DNA of 63,290 bases, filler included, from Hausera hauseri (taxonomy: Eukaryota): NCBI GenBank assembly GCA_046269625.1. It is 12 parts of 12 records of this genome, joined end to end, with 100 filler letters (N's around TTAATTAATTAA, not from the genome) between each part and the next. Parts side by side here need not be neighbours in the genome. Positions count along the whole stretch, not along the records: positions 21,248 to 31,205 come from JBJURY010263287.1; positions 31,306 to 36,332 come from JBJURY010357598.1; positions 36,433 to 40,721 come from JBJURY010654218.1; 9 more parts are not named here. One strand, given 5' to 3'. Below the pieces are notes generated by a model. That model made no database searches, had not been told where the DNA came from, and was given only the letters and a program-made list of their open reading frames with translations. Within the stretch, counting starts at the first letter, position 1, and each line of letters opens with the position of its first letter. A program made the position numbers and the translations under genes. This document shows, piece after piece, positions 26,441 through 38,348 of this stretch.

Positions 26441-26699
26441 ACTCACATTCAGATCTGCAGATTAGGTAATATATAACCCAAACAAGTGGAGAGCAGAACG
26501 ACCCATAACTTATTGTCGTCGTTACCATAAGAAGGTTGAATAGCAACATGGAGATGATGATATATATAACCAACAACTGTGAGATGAAAACACCTCTACG
26601 CGTGAATCAGTTTATCAAACCAAAATCAGGAAATGGGCCTCTCTCTTCGCTTAGTTTCCGCATTTTGTTCTTGCTCGGGCATGCTAGTCTTTATATCTC

Positions 26700-27712
26700 A
26701 AAATGTGTTTTCCCAAAATCTGACTGTTGAATGACGAATTATAACCAAACCATTTCACTAAATATTCTTAACTGCCCGCCGTTCACCTTTCTCACATAAT
26801 GTTTTCTGTTCTGTAAACTACATTCTCTCTGACTTTCTGGAGCTCTTCTTTGTAAAACAAGCCTCACAGTTCCTCGCCGGCGTCGTCTTTGAGCACATAA
26901 GTTATTTGACTTGTCCCATTTACTTTGCTGATGGTAAACAATTCTTCCGTCCAAGCTGGAGTGTAGCCTTTTTAAAAGGTTGTCTGTTATGTCCAACTCA
27001 GACATGGTCCCCTTCCGTAAATGCTTTTCTGCCGACGGCGTCAGAGGCTGAATACAAATTGTTCCACACTTCTTCTTGATTGTCAAAATTAACTTGCACT
27101 GGGGCCATGCAAATGCTTCTATGATAAGAAGGGTTGTAATTTAGAATCAAATCGTCTATCACGTCTACGTTTTGGTAAAGTATCACCACATTTTTTCTTT
27201 TAAGGTTTGGTTAAAATGCTCCACGACAGCCACCTTAACGTCTTCATTTTCCATAGTGAAGAAATGCACGCCTTGGTCTTTGAGAAACTTGAGGAATGTT
27301 TTGTTGAGAAATTCGCTTCCTTTTCAGTTTGTAACGCAATAGGCTACAGTCAGACAAAAATTTTGCTCATGGCCTCCACCAGCTCCTTGCCGGTTTTCTT
27401 CTTTATGGGAAAAACCCAAGCATATTTACCAAACACATCTATAAACGTCACTAGATACGACAACCTGTAGTTGTATGTTTTTAATGCGTGCATGTATATC
27501 AGATCAGGCTGAAGCTGGTGACCGATGCCGCTCATTATTATGGGTCGCAAAGTAAATTTGTGACAAACGGGTTTTAAGAGTATAATCAACTTGGTGACTT
27601 AACCATTCATTAACTTTCTTAGCCTCGATTTTTGTAGTGTGATGTAATGCCACAACACCAGAAAAAGCACCCGAATGCTACGGGTCATATTAATGTTTTC
27701 GTAAAATCTCAT
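26700..27712 (-). pseudogene. Retroviral-like integrase (Polinton c-INT), possibly with C-terminal chromodomain
   Basis: HQLQPDLIYM..YLVTFIDVFGKYAWVFPIKKKTG and LILNYNPSYHRSICMAP. Confidence 0.88.
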
Positions 27713-28222
27713 TTATTTTGTGGACCATGTTTCCCAATTGGGCTTGTTTTTTTCTTTATGCCGTTTCTCAGGTTATGAAACACGGATATTCTTGATCTCC
27801 TTTTAGTAGAGGAGGGCGGTGTTTGCGATATTTTAGTAACAAGTATCGGCGATTGAGGTCTTTTGGTACTGGTCATTGACGCTTGAGGCATTTTAGTAAC
27901 GGTCATCAGGGATTGCAGAATTATATGCGAGACTTCGTCTTTAAGTACAGTCAGCGAGATGTCATTGATGGTTGGGGAAAGCAGCGTTGTTTCCTTGATG
28001 TCCACTACCCCTAGAGATTTGTGCCTGTGCTGTTCTAGTCTAGTCAAATAACGCTGCAACGTTTGTTGATACAATCTGGCTTTGTCTCGTGGCGATAAAT
28101 CGTCTCTTTCCAAAATTCGTTGTATTTCATAATCCGTATCGGAAATTGTCGCTCGTGGCGTCGGGTGGAACGTATTGCTTTTGGTTCATAGTCTCTAAAA
28201 ACCGCGGGTCCATCAAAATCAT
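27709..28222 (-). pseudogene. Conserved Polinton hypothetical protein
   Basis: DYEIQRILERDDLSPRDKARLYQQTLQRYL motif; positioned between the small virion gene and INT. Confidence 0.55.
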
Positions 28223-28231
28223 TCTCCTGTT

Positions 28232-28511
28232 TTAAAAACCCAACACGCCTTTCACCATTTTCAGTATAGGATCCAATAAAGCTCCTAGGAAACCTCCTTG
28301 TTGGAGAATCTGTTTACGTTTTTTGATCAACGGGTTCTTTTTGGTTAGTTTGCGCAGACCCGTTTTGTAACGACGCAAACGACTCTTCTGATCCTGAATG
28401 AGGGGAATGTAACCTTTTTACACATTGTAGCAACACTCGCACAGCGCTCGCATGAGATTCGGGGACGCCGATTTCATTACAGCCTTTATGTCGGGTAAGC
28501 GTGGAGTGCAT
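28232..28511 (-). pseudogene. Small Polinton protein with basic stretch and QGGFLGALL tail
   Basis: CECCYNV*KGYIPL..QKSRLRRYK..KKRKQILQQGGFLGALLDPIL; possible adenain xGG cleavage site. Confidence 0.6.
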
Positions 28512-29118
28512 TTTGGGATGTACACGATGTGTCTCTCATGAAGTAATATAGCGCTACATTACCTTAAATTGTAGGGTGTTTCCTAACGAAAATCGAGTAA
28601 CAAATAACCTTGAGGTTTCGATGTCGTAACCTTAAAATTGTCTTGTACATATGAACTACAACCTGGGTACATCTGATTGGCCAAGTTGATAATCTGTGAA
28701 GCATCTTTGGGTTTTTTAAAATGAGGTAATGGGAATTTAAGCTTGTGATACGGTGTTCCTTATTTATTCCAAAAAGGTTTTTGATAATGTACACGATGCT
28801 GAGATTCCGGTGATGACTTCCCTTTGTAAAAAGTTTGGTTACTCGGTCGTCAGTTTCGGTCATCAGGTCGTCGATGACCACTAACCGTCTCTTGTCTCCT
28901 TACCATTGTTCCACGTCTGGAAGACATTCAATAAATTGCACGTCTGTCATCTTTTCGTACACTGATTGCCACTCCTCATGACACCATATAATCTCCTCCA
29001 TCACGGGACGACCATGTCTGGAAGATGCGCTAAAAACTCACGCACAAAAATGGTTTTTAGTGCTGCCGATCGGTCCCACTATAAGGACAGTAATAGGATG
29101 TTTCCACCCATGATCCAT
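28510..29118 (-). pseudogene. A32-like packaging ATPase (Polinton)
   Basis: HPITVLIVGPIGS.KT (decayed Walker A); LVVIDDLM (Walker B); LFTKGSHHRNLSIVYI; ITSLNSHY. Confidence 0.9.
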
Positions 29119-29185
29119 ATTCTATACTGTTGTGTTCCTATGCCCCTTATAAATATATATTTCAAAGAAAAGACCGGGTCGGATA

Positions 29186-30919
29186 GTGCAAAGTGACATT
29201 TTATCCACCATCAACTACATAACAACAGTTCCAAAAGATGTTCCAGAACGATATCCATTAACTGACACGGCCATGTAAACTGAGCCTCTGACATACCTTA
29301 TGTCGTTTGTTGACACCGAGCCTTTACAGAACTTTTTACCATTTTATGATAAGTCCACAATGCAAAGCAATCCTATACAGACATTTTCACCCGTGTACAA
29401 GTCTGCACAAAGCCCACAAAATGGTTATTTACAGAACTTTGTATCGTCATTCGATCATTGAGCGCATAGTACATCAAATGAACAGTTACACGTACCAACG
29501 CACGACGACGACGATGCAGTCGTGGGAGTCGAACCTTTACAGAGACCAATAAAGAAACAATGCAGAAAGCTTAAACTCACAAAGCTTTGTAAGTTTAATC
29601 GGCATTTTGTTGTATTTTAAGTATGCGCGTATGTGTGTATATAAAGTAAAGTCCATTGTACGCGCCTCTGAAGGCGTATAGGCAAATTTGGAGTTAGTGT
29701 CCACATATTTTCCTAGACATCAGCAGATAATTGGGCCATGTTGTCAGCATAATGCCAGGCAGCCCTTACTTTCCCAGAGAATTTCTCTGGTACCCATTTT
29801 TTAGGCTGGGTGGGCCCCTGGAGCCGTTTTTGATTTAATTAAAATTCAATGCCTACAGCTGGTATTAAACCCGTAACCACACAATTGGCAGACGAGCGCA
29901 CTAACCACAACGCCACCGTTGCTCCATGTGTGTCTATGTGTGTATGTTATTTATAAAAGTATATAGTTACAATGAATAATCACCATGACACGCCAGTCCA
30001 ACTACACTGTAATTTGCTATATCTTATCAAGTTTGGTGCCCACAATCAGAGTGCTTATCTACAAGGCAATTACACTCACCCTGATATCCTATCTGTTTAC
30101 GAATCAAAACAAGCTCCCTTTACCTACTCGAATACCCTTCAGACGCGACGCCATCTCACGCCTGAATTAAATCTTATATACAGTCTCTACACAGTCTCTA
30201 CACCTCAAACTTATCTCCCCCTTACCCTTAAAAAGCCATCTTGCGCCTGAATTAATCCTTATAAAAAAGCCTCTACACCTCACACTTATCTCTCCCTTAC
30301 CCTTCAGATGCCATCTTGTGCCTGAATTAAATCCACTTTGTCTATACTCGCCTGAATTAAGTCATTCCACCTCAAAATTGTCTCCCTCTTACCATTAAGC
30401 CACCATCTTGCACCTGAATTAAATATCTCTATGTCTATATACACCTGAATTAAATCTTATATAAAAGTAATCCCACCTCCAAACTGTCTCCCCCTTACTA
30501 TTCATGCAACATCTTGTGCCTCAGTTAATCCCCCTTACCCACCCCGGTAGCCACCTATACTACCATTAGAACATCAAGAAGACAAAACAGTAGCTAACCA
30601 ACAACAAAATCACCATATTACATAAAAATCTAATAAAAAAAAAAATTTATAAAATTGTCTCCCCCCTTACCGAGCACGCCACCTATCCGGGTACCCCTAC
30701 TTACGTAACAACACACAACTACAGACACCTATCAAACTATATTATTATATAACACAGTATCTATCAACTACAATTATCGCCCACTTTTCTCCCCGGTAAT
30801 ATCCTTATCTACCCAGGTACCCGTCACGTGCTCCTGCCGCCATCTTGCGCATGAATTAATCATTTTTATTCCTTTGTTAACGCTAGAAATACTAACCGAA
30901 ATCTGCATACCTCACTACT
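29186..30919 (-). repeat. Right TIR (with SINE insertion)
   Basis: Inverted copy of 21742-23162, including the 3' part of the PC4-like gene (..MQSWESNLYRDQ). Confidence 0.9.
29643..29925 (-). mobile_element. tRNA-derived SINE
   Basis: Absent from the left TIR. A-box-like TGGCGTTGTGG, B-box-like GGTTTAATACC and CTTTA tail. ~12-bp TSD ATGTGTGT(A/C)TAT at 29631-29642 and 29926-29937. Confidence 0.8.
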
Positions 30920-31849
30920 CCAATAGTGTATTGTAATTTTTTATTGTTAGGTCAATATTGCCTACATTCCTAATGAAGCTTCTTTTGCAATGCCAAGTGG
31001 AACGCAACTTAACCAAGTACCACGTGGATCGCTGCTCCTGTTAGATCCTATGGCATCGGCCCCTGGAAACAGGTACAAACTGTCCACGGATATGGTAGAG
31101 GAAAACATTGAGAATTTACAGTCCTCCCAGGTGCCAATGTCGAATTCTGTATGGAGTCTTGATAAGGAATTGCAGACTTTACAAATCTCTCTCAACTTTC
31201 GACCGNNNNNNNNNNNNNNNNNNNNNNNNNNNNNNNNNNNNNNNNNNNNTTAATTAATTAANNNNNNNNNNNNNNNNNNNNNNNNNNNNNNNNNNNNNNN
31301 NNNNNTTTATGAGGTGCACAAGCATCATCTCGGACCGTTTACTCGGTCTAGGAAGATGATGGTTATGCATTGCCCTACATACCCACGCTACTGCAATACT
31401 AAAGTGCACAACATTAGTGGTTGTCATAGTGCAATGGAGCAGTACTATGGAACCACAACGCTGCACAATGAACGGGCCTACTTTTCTCCCCGTTGTTCAA
31501 TAGTTGCTGAAATCAACTATGAATAATTCTATAATATGCACAAGGACCACTTAAACTAGTTTAAGCGGTCGAAAAAACAATTAGTTATGGATTCAACTAA
31601 AAGCAGCAGCATCCCCTCAACAACCAGTAGGAGACGTCAGGCCTCAACAAGTCTTGACGACTTAATCAGAAACAGTACCGAGTAGCAGCAGCAACAGAAG
31701 CAGCAGGAACAGCATCAAAAACAAGAACAGGAGCAACAGGAAGCCAATATTCCAATTACAGTCAAGTATGATCTGAACTGATCGTACATGGACATAAAAG
31801 TGAACATGTCGGCGAAAACAACAACAACGCAATTGAGACATGTTCCGCA

Positions 31850-34800
31850 AAATGTGCGCCACTGGTTGGAATCAGAAGTAAAGAAATTCTAACACAACTG
31901 CAAAGTGCAATATTATGCACTGGCAGAATTTGAAAATTTGGAAGGTTGCAGGAAACAATGGTATCTGTCACATCGAGCTGTACCATACCGCGGAGATTTA
32001 ATTGCCGATGTAAGCGAAAAGCTCGAGGAGAAAATCTCCAACTACACGGAAAAGGGTAGTGGATGGCGAATTATAAAAATTGTCACCCTCAGCTTTATTA
32101 TAAGAAAGTCGAGTGACATAAAGTATTTGTCTGGCCGATCATTCATACCGACAACTGTAGTTTTAAAGCAGTCTCTGGCGGTAGTGAATGTAAAAAATAC
32201 TAACGATGAATACTGTTTTCTATACAGTATTCTGGCGGTATTGAAATATGACGAAGTGGACAGACATAGCGCATATAGCCCATAACAGTATCAGAAATAA
32301 TTTTCCGAATTAAATTACAATGGATGTTGGATGCCGATGAAACTGAAATCCATTCCGGAATTTGAACGGCGTAATCCGGCACTGGCAATCAACGTGTTCC
32401 GGTACAACACAATAATAGAAATACCGGCGGATGAAGAAATTTACAAAAATCCTCATGTGGATATAATCTATTGTAGTCAGAACCCAAGTGGCCGCTCAGT
32501 AAATTTGTTGTTATTGGAGCAAAAAGAAAAGTATCATTACGTTGCAGTGACAAATCTGGATATACTGCTGAACATGGAACATGACCACTTCTTCAAAAAA
32601 CGGATACAATGTAAATGGTGTCCTGTATGTCTGCATGGATTCAGATCAGAAACAACATGGGCGAAACATGTAATTCTGTGCAGACAAAATTCGCCAGGAA
32701 CCACAATGTATGTCATGCCCGTCAAAAAGGAACTCAGAGTCACCGATTGGTTAAAAACAGACAGTCCGGCATATGTAGTATATGCCGACATCAAAGCTAT
32801 CTTACCACGCCACAACATATATGACCAAAAATGTTCCAATCGCCGTCGGTATATTGGTTGTCCCAATAAAAGCCGCAAGTCAACCTCAATATTATATTTT
32901 CCACGGATGGAATTGTGTACACGGTTTCTTGCAGTAGTTGCAAACCATAGTGGAAACTGAAACCGCACCGTGGTATTGCGATAATAGCACCAAATCTCTG
33001 ATCTTGACAGATGAAGATGAACGCCTGACGCTTGCAGTCACAGACGAATGTTACTTATGCCACAAAATATTACCGTTTGATGCACAGGAATGGCTCGTAC
33101 TGGATCACGATCATTTTACCGGTCGATATTTCGGAGCCGCATGTAATTCATGCAATTTGACAAGGCATGTGCGGCCATTCCTACTGGTGATCTTTCATAA
33201 CTTCAGGGGTTAATACTGTCACCATATTATAAAATGGACCATAAGCGGCTTTCCGCACTGGGAATTATCCGTAATTCAGACTACGATGGAGAAGTACCTG
33301 TCCCGGTTCAAGGTTCGATTCCTTGATTCGTTGCAGTTTCTAAATGAATCATATGCAAAGCTGGTGAATGTCTTGCCAGATGTGCCGCTAACATTGACTC
33401 AGTTCCCTGTATATATTGTGCGTAGCAAAGGTATTTTCTCGTATGACTTTGCGATATCGTACGAGCGGCTCCAGACGACAGACAAATTACCACCACAATC
33501 GCCCCGTATAACAGAAGAAGAATATCACAAAACATAGTCTTTTTTGGCAGAGCTCGGCTGCAGAAACCTGTTGGAGTAGATGCTTCAGTATCTGAAATCG
33601 AATGTGTACTTATTAGCCGATGTGTTTCAGACATTTCGAGCTAAAGCGTTGACAGAAGATAGGTTGGAGCCACTTAACTTTTACTCAATACCCGGAATGA
33701 GTTGGCCAGGAGCTCTGATGCCATTGGATCGGGATATTGAACTGTTGCAAGACCCGGAAATATACCGACTGTTTGATGTTGGTATTCGTGGAGGCATGAC
33801 ATTTGTCAACAAGCATCACGTTACCAGTGATGATACCACATCACTGTTGTATATCGACATTAATAAACTGTACGGCTGGGTGTTTACGCAACCCTTGCCG
33901 TACGGTTTATGCAAATGGATAGTCGACAAACAGGACTTGGACACAATACTGGAAAATCTGCCGAGAGCAGACACAACAGAAAATATCTCAATCGGATACT
34001 TAATGGAAGTTGATCTCGTGGTACCAGATGAGATGCATGACTTTCTTGATGAATTACCGATCGCACCAATTAACTAATGTCTACCGGGCTCGAAGGTGAA
34101 GAAGCTGTTTTGACGCATGAACCTAAACAAAATTACATAGTTCATCGGCGTATGTTACAATTTTACATGCAGCTCGGTGTGCGCATCGCACAATTACATC
34201 ACGCAATCCGATTCGCACAGGTTCCGATATTCAAGCGTATATCAGTCGGAATTTGAAAAAACGAGCTGCAGCTTGTACACAATTTGAAAAAGACTATTAC
34301 AAACAGAAAAACAACTCCCTCTACGGAAAAACAGTAGAGAATCTGAAAAAGCGACTCAATGTACGTCTATGCAATAGCGAAAAGCGGTTGGTCACGTACA
34401 CGAGTAAGCTGCAGTTCAGGCGATTAATGTACATTAACGATGAATTGGTTACCGTGCTTTTAAACAGGGAAGAAGTCGCACTGGACCGGCCATGTTATAT
34501 AGGACAAGTGGTATTGGATGTGAGAAAGTTGCGAATGTATGAGTTGCGGTATCGCGATTTGGCGCAATACCGACAAATGTTCGGCGGATGCTAGATCAAT
34601 ATAATTGCCTGTGGCACAGATAATTTTTTCTTGGAACTGGGAAACGTCAATCGCGAACAACTACTATGGCAAATGATAGCAGACAGATTAATGGACACGT
34701 CCAATTACCTACAGAATCATCCATTGTACAGCAAAGCCATCACAAACAAAATCGGCTGCTTCAAGAATGAAAGTGAAGATCGAGTTCACTATCGGGAATG

Positions 34801-35110
34801 GGTATTTTTACGGCCAAAATGTTATAGCCTTTTAACTGACTGTGGACCGAAAATGCGCGCAAAAGGAGTTCAGCTTGCCCAGACGGAAATAAACCACGGT
34901 GATTATCGCCGTATCTATGAAGGAGGGGCAGAAAACGGTGGAGCAGAAGGATAATCAAAGACTGTTGTGTCTCAAACGATCATCTGATCAATTGAGCGCC
35001 AGCTGAATACGATAACGAATACAAAAATCGCTTTATCATGTAACGATGATAAGCGTAAGAGGGTGGGGCGAAATAAGAGTTCGATGTACGGACATTGGCG
35101 TTTGGAATAA
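31850..35110 (+). pseudogene. Polinton protein-primed DNA polymerase B with Zn finger and endonuclease VII-like insert
   Basis: GSGW..VVNVKN..YCFLYSI; CPVC..H...C; VVYADI; DHDHFTGRYFGAACNSCN; FHNFRG; GIRGGM; YIDINKLYG; KQKNNSLYGKT; LRPKCY; KIALSCNDDKR. Many lesions. Confidence 0.92.
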
Positions 35111-35349
35111 AACACACACGCATAAATTCGGTGCTGATGATATAGAGAGATCAAAGTGACCCATTTACTGTGACAATTCATTGTTATCTGTTTTTTGTAT
35201 CAATAATGTATATTGTTCGTTGCTTTTGCCTTTTGTTTTATTATTATTTAATCTATCTCTATATATTTATGTATTTAACTAAATGTGACGAGAAACAATA
35301 TCAAGCACAAAATCAATAAATTTATTAATCATAGTCTAAAATCAAAAAA

Positions 35350-35770
35350 CAAAGTAAGTCAAGTCAGCGTAAACTTTCCGAACTTCCATATTGGTGATTT
35401 AACGCCGTGCAGATCCTTGTATCCTTTTAACTTCAATGTTAGATAGCCTTCAGCTCCTTCCGGTGACAAAANNNNNNNNNNCTGCTGTTTCTCCGCCATG
35501 TGAACTTATAATTTTCTTTATATTTCCCTTGAGAAAAATCGGTAATGTATCTCGGATATCGTTACTCAACACCAAATCACTGTCAACTTTTCTAATTGTG
35601 TCTCCCATTGTATCCAAATCATCGTCGTTGATCTTTTTCACCAATAGACCATATTTCACCGGTTTATTTTGACTGTTTGCGTCAATGGTAATTAAATAGC
35701 GTTGCGCAGATACTGTAAGTTATATCCTTTATACAACCGGGAATTTCTGAGCGAATATTCGCTGTACCAT
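35350..35770 (-). pseudogene. Unknown small gene convergent with pPolB
   Basis: Broken ORF ..KYGLLVKKINDDDLDTMGDTIRK..; AT-rich convergent intergenic region at 35110-35350. Confidence 0.35.
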
Positions 35771-36432
35771 GGCTTTTGTGAGAGACTCGCGGAACTGTCA
35801 CCTGCTGAATTGTTTTTAAAAGACACTGTTTAGAGACAAACGTGAAATGAAATTGCATCCATATTTAAATCAAATTTGTTCACACCGGTTTGTTTTCATT
35901 GTAAACAAGAGACATTTACCTTATGAGTATTGTCTCATATCACAATGATACATATGGTCTCATCACAATTATACATACTAGTTAAAATTATCTCCACGTC
36001 ATTAAAGCCCATGACACTATTTTGTTCTGTTATTGAAGTCATTCGTAACAAATGTGCACAATTTCCATTATAGCACATTTACATTCTGGACATTGGGTTA
36101 CTTTGGAACGCATTTGAAAACAACGAGATGGCCGCACATTAGGCATACCGTATCCGCTTTTCTTTGTTTACATAGTACACATAATCTGATAGTCTCGTAC
36201 TTTGTCCATTATTTTTTCCTTCAAGTTCTTTAATTGACCGCGTACCTTTTCAACAGTATTAAAGTAATTTGTATCATACAATTGGTGAATGTACATTTGA
36301 TTTAACACAATAATTAGATTTTCTATAGAGCTNNNNNNNNNNNNNNNNNNNNNNNNNNNNNNNNNNNNNNNNNNNNTTAATTAATTAANNNNNNNNNNNN
36401 NNNNNNNNNNNNNNNNNNNNNNNNNNNNNNNN

Positions 36433-38163
36433 CCATCCCAGTTCTATTCCGAATGCCTTTTGCAGGTCCACACCACCTATTATTTCTGGGCGTAATTCCG
36501 ATACTACCAGAAATGTCACACGTCTCCTTAGACCCTTGATTTCTACATCTGTTGTCAGTGTGCCCAGGCAATCTAAGGGGCTATTATTCGCACACCGTAG
36601 TGTGGTATCTGATTTCTCTATGTGTGTTTTTGCAAGTTCATCCACGGTCTTCTTGCTTATGACGTTTACCCTGGCCTCTGTGTCCAATAAGCAATCTGCC
36701 CATTTGTCTTGCATCATTCATTTGATTCCTGGTCGACCATTAAACTTCCTGTATCATATCTGTTCGACATACAATTTGTCTAGCATGAAGATCTGCGTAT
36801 AGTTCCCACTTTCCTCCATTTCGTTGGAGGATACTTCCTGGAAATTTTCCGTTTTTATAAATTTCCGTACTTTTTCCTCTTTCCTTTTATCCATCACTAT
36901 ATCTACGTGTCCCCTTCTTGATCCGTCTATACTGTTTGATATAATATTACTATTATACATCATGATATTTTGGGAGCCTGAATCTATTGTAATGCCCCGA
37001 CTTGCTCAACTTTTACCGGGGGCTCTGCATTTGGGGAAACTAACTCCTGTTCCGATTCTGTTTCCTTTTCCTCTACGTTTGCGATGTCCCCCCGTCTTCT
37101 GTTCAGACTATCTCCATACCATCTTTTCACTTTGTATATATCCCATCCTGGTTCTGTTTTCCCCTCCAGCCTGGTGTAGCACACCTTTTCGGTATGCCCC
37201 TATGGTGGCATCTCGCACAGCTAAGGTTCGTACAATTTCGTCTGATGTGCCCTAGCTGACCACATCCGCAGCATCTTATTGGTTTCCTTTCGGGATACTG
37301 CCTGCTTATGTGTCCTTCTCTTTCGCATCCAAAGCATTTTATCGGTCTCCGTACGATGCAAGATCTGCTCGTATGTCCTTCTTTCTGGCATGTCGAACAT
37401 TTTAATCTACTATTTGATCTTCTAGTTGGGGTCGCGTTGATTCTAGGAACAGGTGTCTTGATATTTTGTGCAGCCACTTCCTGGTAGCTTCTTCTGCCGA
37501 TTCTCGGATACTCTTTAACCGTGTTGACTTCCTCTGTCTTAATCTTTACCTCGTGTATCTTCTGTATTTTCTCCTTTATGGTTTCTGTGTCTCGTTTGTC
37601 ACTGATGCATATCTCTCTTCTCATCTCTCTATCGTTACAACATTGGAACAATAGTTCCTCTTTCAGAGCCCCGCGTGAAAGATTGTGCTTCATGACTTTA
37701 TCCAGAAGTTTTTCGATTGCCTCGAAGTAAGCCTCCGGTTCCGCTCCATTCATTCTGTACTCGAGCGCCTCTTTCAGATCTTCGCACAGCGTTTAGGATC
37801 GGGCGAAAGCCTTCCATAGTCTGTTTTGAAATCCAGTTTTTTTTCGCATCTACTGCCTCGTATCTTTCTTATGCTTCGGCCTTCAAGAGGCATTCAACCA
37901 TGATTTCCAATTTCGTCGCCGAAGTGTTCATAGATTTAACGAATTTTTAACATGCTTTAATGAACTTCGCCACGTCGTCGCCTTTCCTGAATTTGTTGGG
38001 CAACAATTGGTTCGCGAAGATGTTCATTGTGGCGTAAGTCGCCATGCAAGGCTGCGTCAGCATCCACGCCGTCCACATCGTCGCCCCGCTTGGGGAAGAT
38101 TGGAAAATCCTCGCCCCCTGGTATGTCCGCAGAAGCGGAATTAAATCGTTTGTAGTTACTCAT
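36433..38163 (-). pseudogene. Gypsy gag (multiple CCHC knuckles) and aspartic protease
   Basis: CSTCQKEGHTSRSC, CFGCEREGHISRQY and CCGCGQLGHIRRNC knuckles; CLLDTEARVNVI..IIGGVDL protease. Confidence 0.9.
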
Positions 38164-38181
38164 TGAAAAGTTAACACCAAT

Positions 38182-38348
38182 TGTTGAAAATTTTATCATA
38201 ATCCAAACTACTTATTTGGCAACAAATTTTCCAAAATTATAAATTTTAATTGTACTTTTAATATTAAACTTTTAAATTAAATTTTTTGAAAATTTAAAAG
38301 TGTTTCTAATTTAAATTTAGAATTTCCATTCTCGATTATATCCTCACA
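38182..38348 (-). repeat. Single 167-bp LTR with upstream PPT and downstream PBS-like site
   Basis: AAAAAGGGGGA|TGTGAG...TTCAACA|ATTGGTGTTAAC on the minus strand. Confidence 0.75.

Larger units (their letters stand above)
21742..30919 (-). mobile_element. Fully delimited Polinton/Maverick lacking pPolB (9178 bp)
   Basis: Ends AGTAATGAG..CTCACTACT. 6-bp TSD CCAATA at 21736-21741 and 30920-30925. Long TIRs. ATPase, integrase, mCP, MCP and protease genes are all on the minus strand. Confidence 0.92.

Noticed and set aside
29860-29925. tRNA gene
   Set aside because: Only degenerate A/B boxes heading a SINE with tail and TSD; no convincing cloverleaf.
21248-31205. Active circular virus or plasmid genome
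   Set aside because: Nearly all genes carry stops or frameshifts, the TIRs have diverged, one TIR holds a SINE, and a TSD marks chromosomal integration.
21742-36332. Contigs 5 and 6 as one complete Polinton
   Set aside because: They are separated by a linker, and the contig-5 element is already closed by both termini and a TSD.
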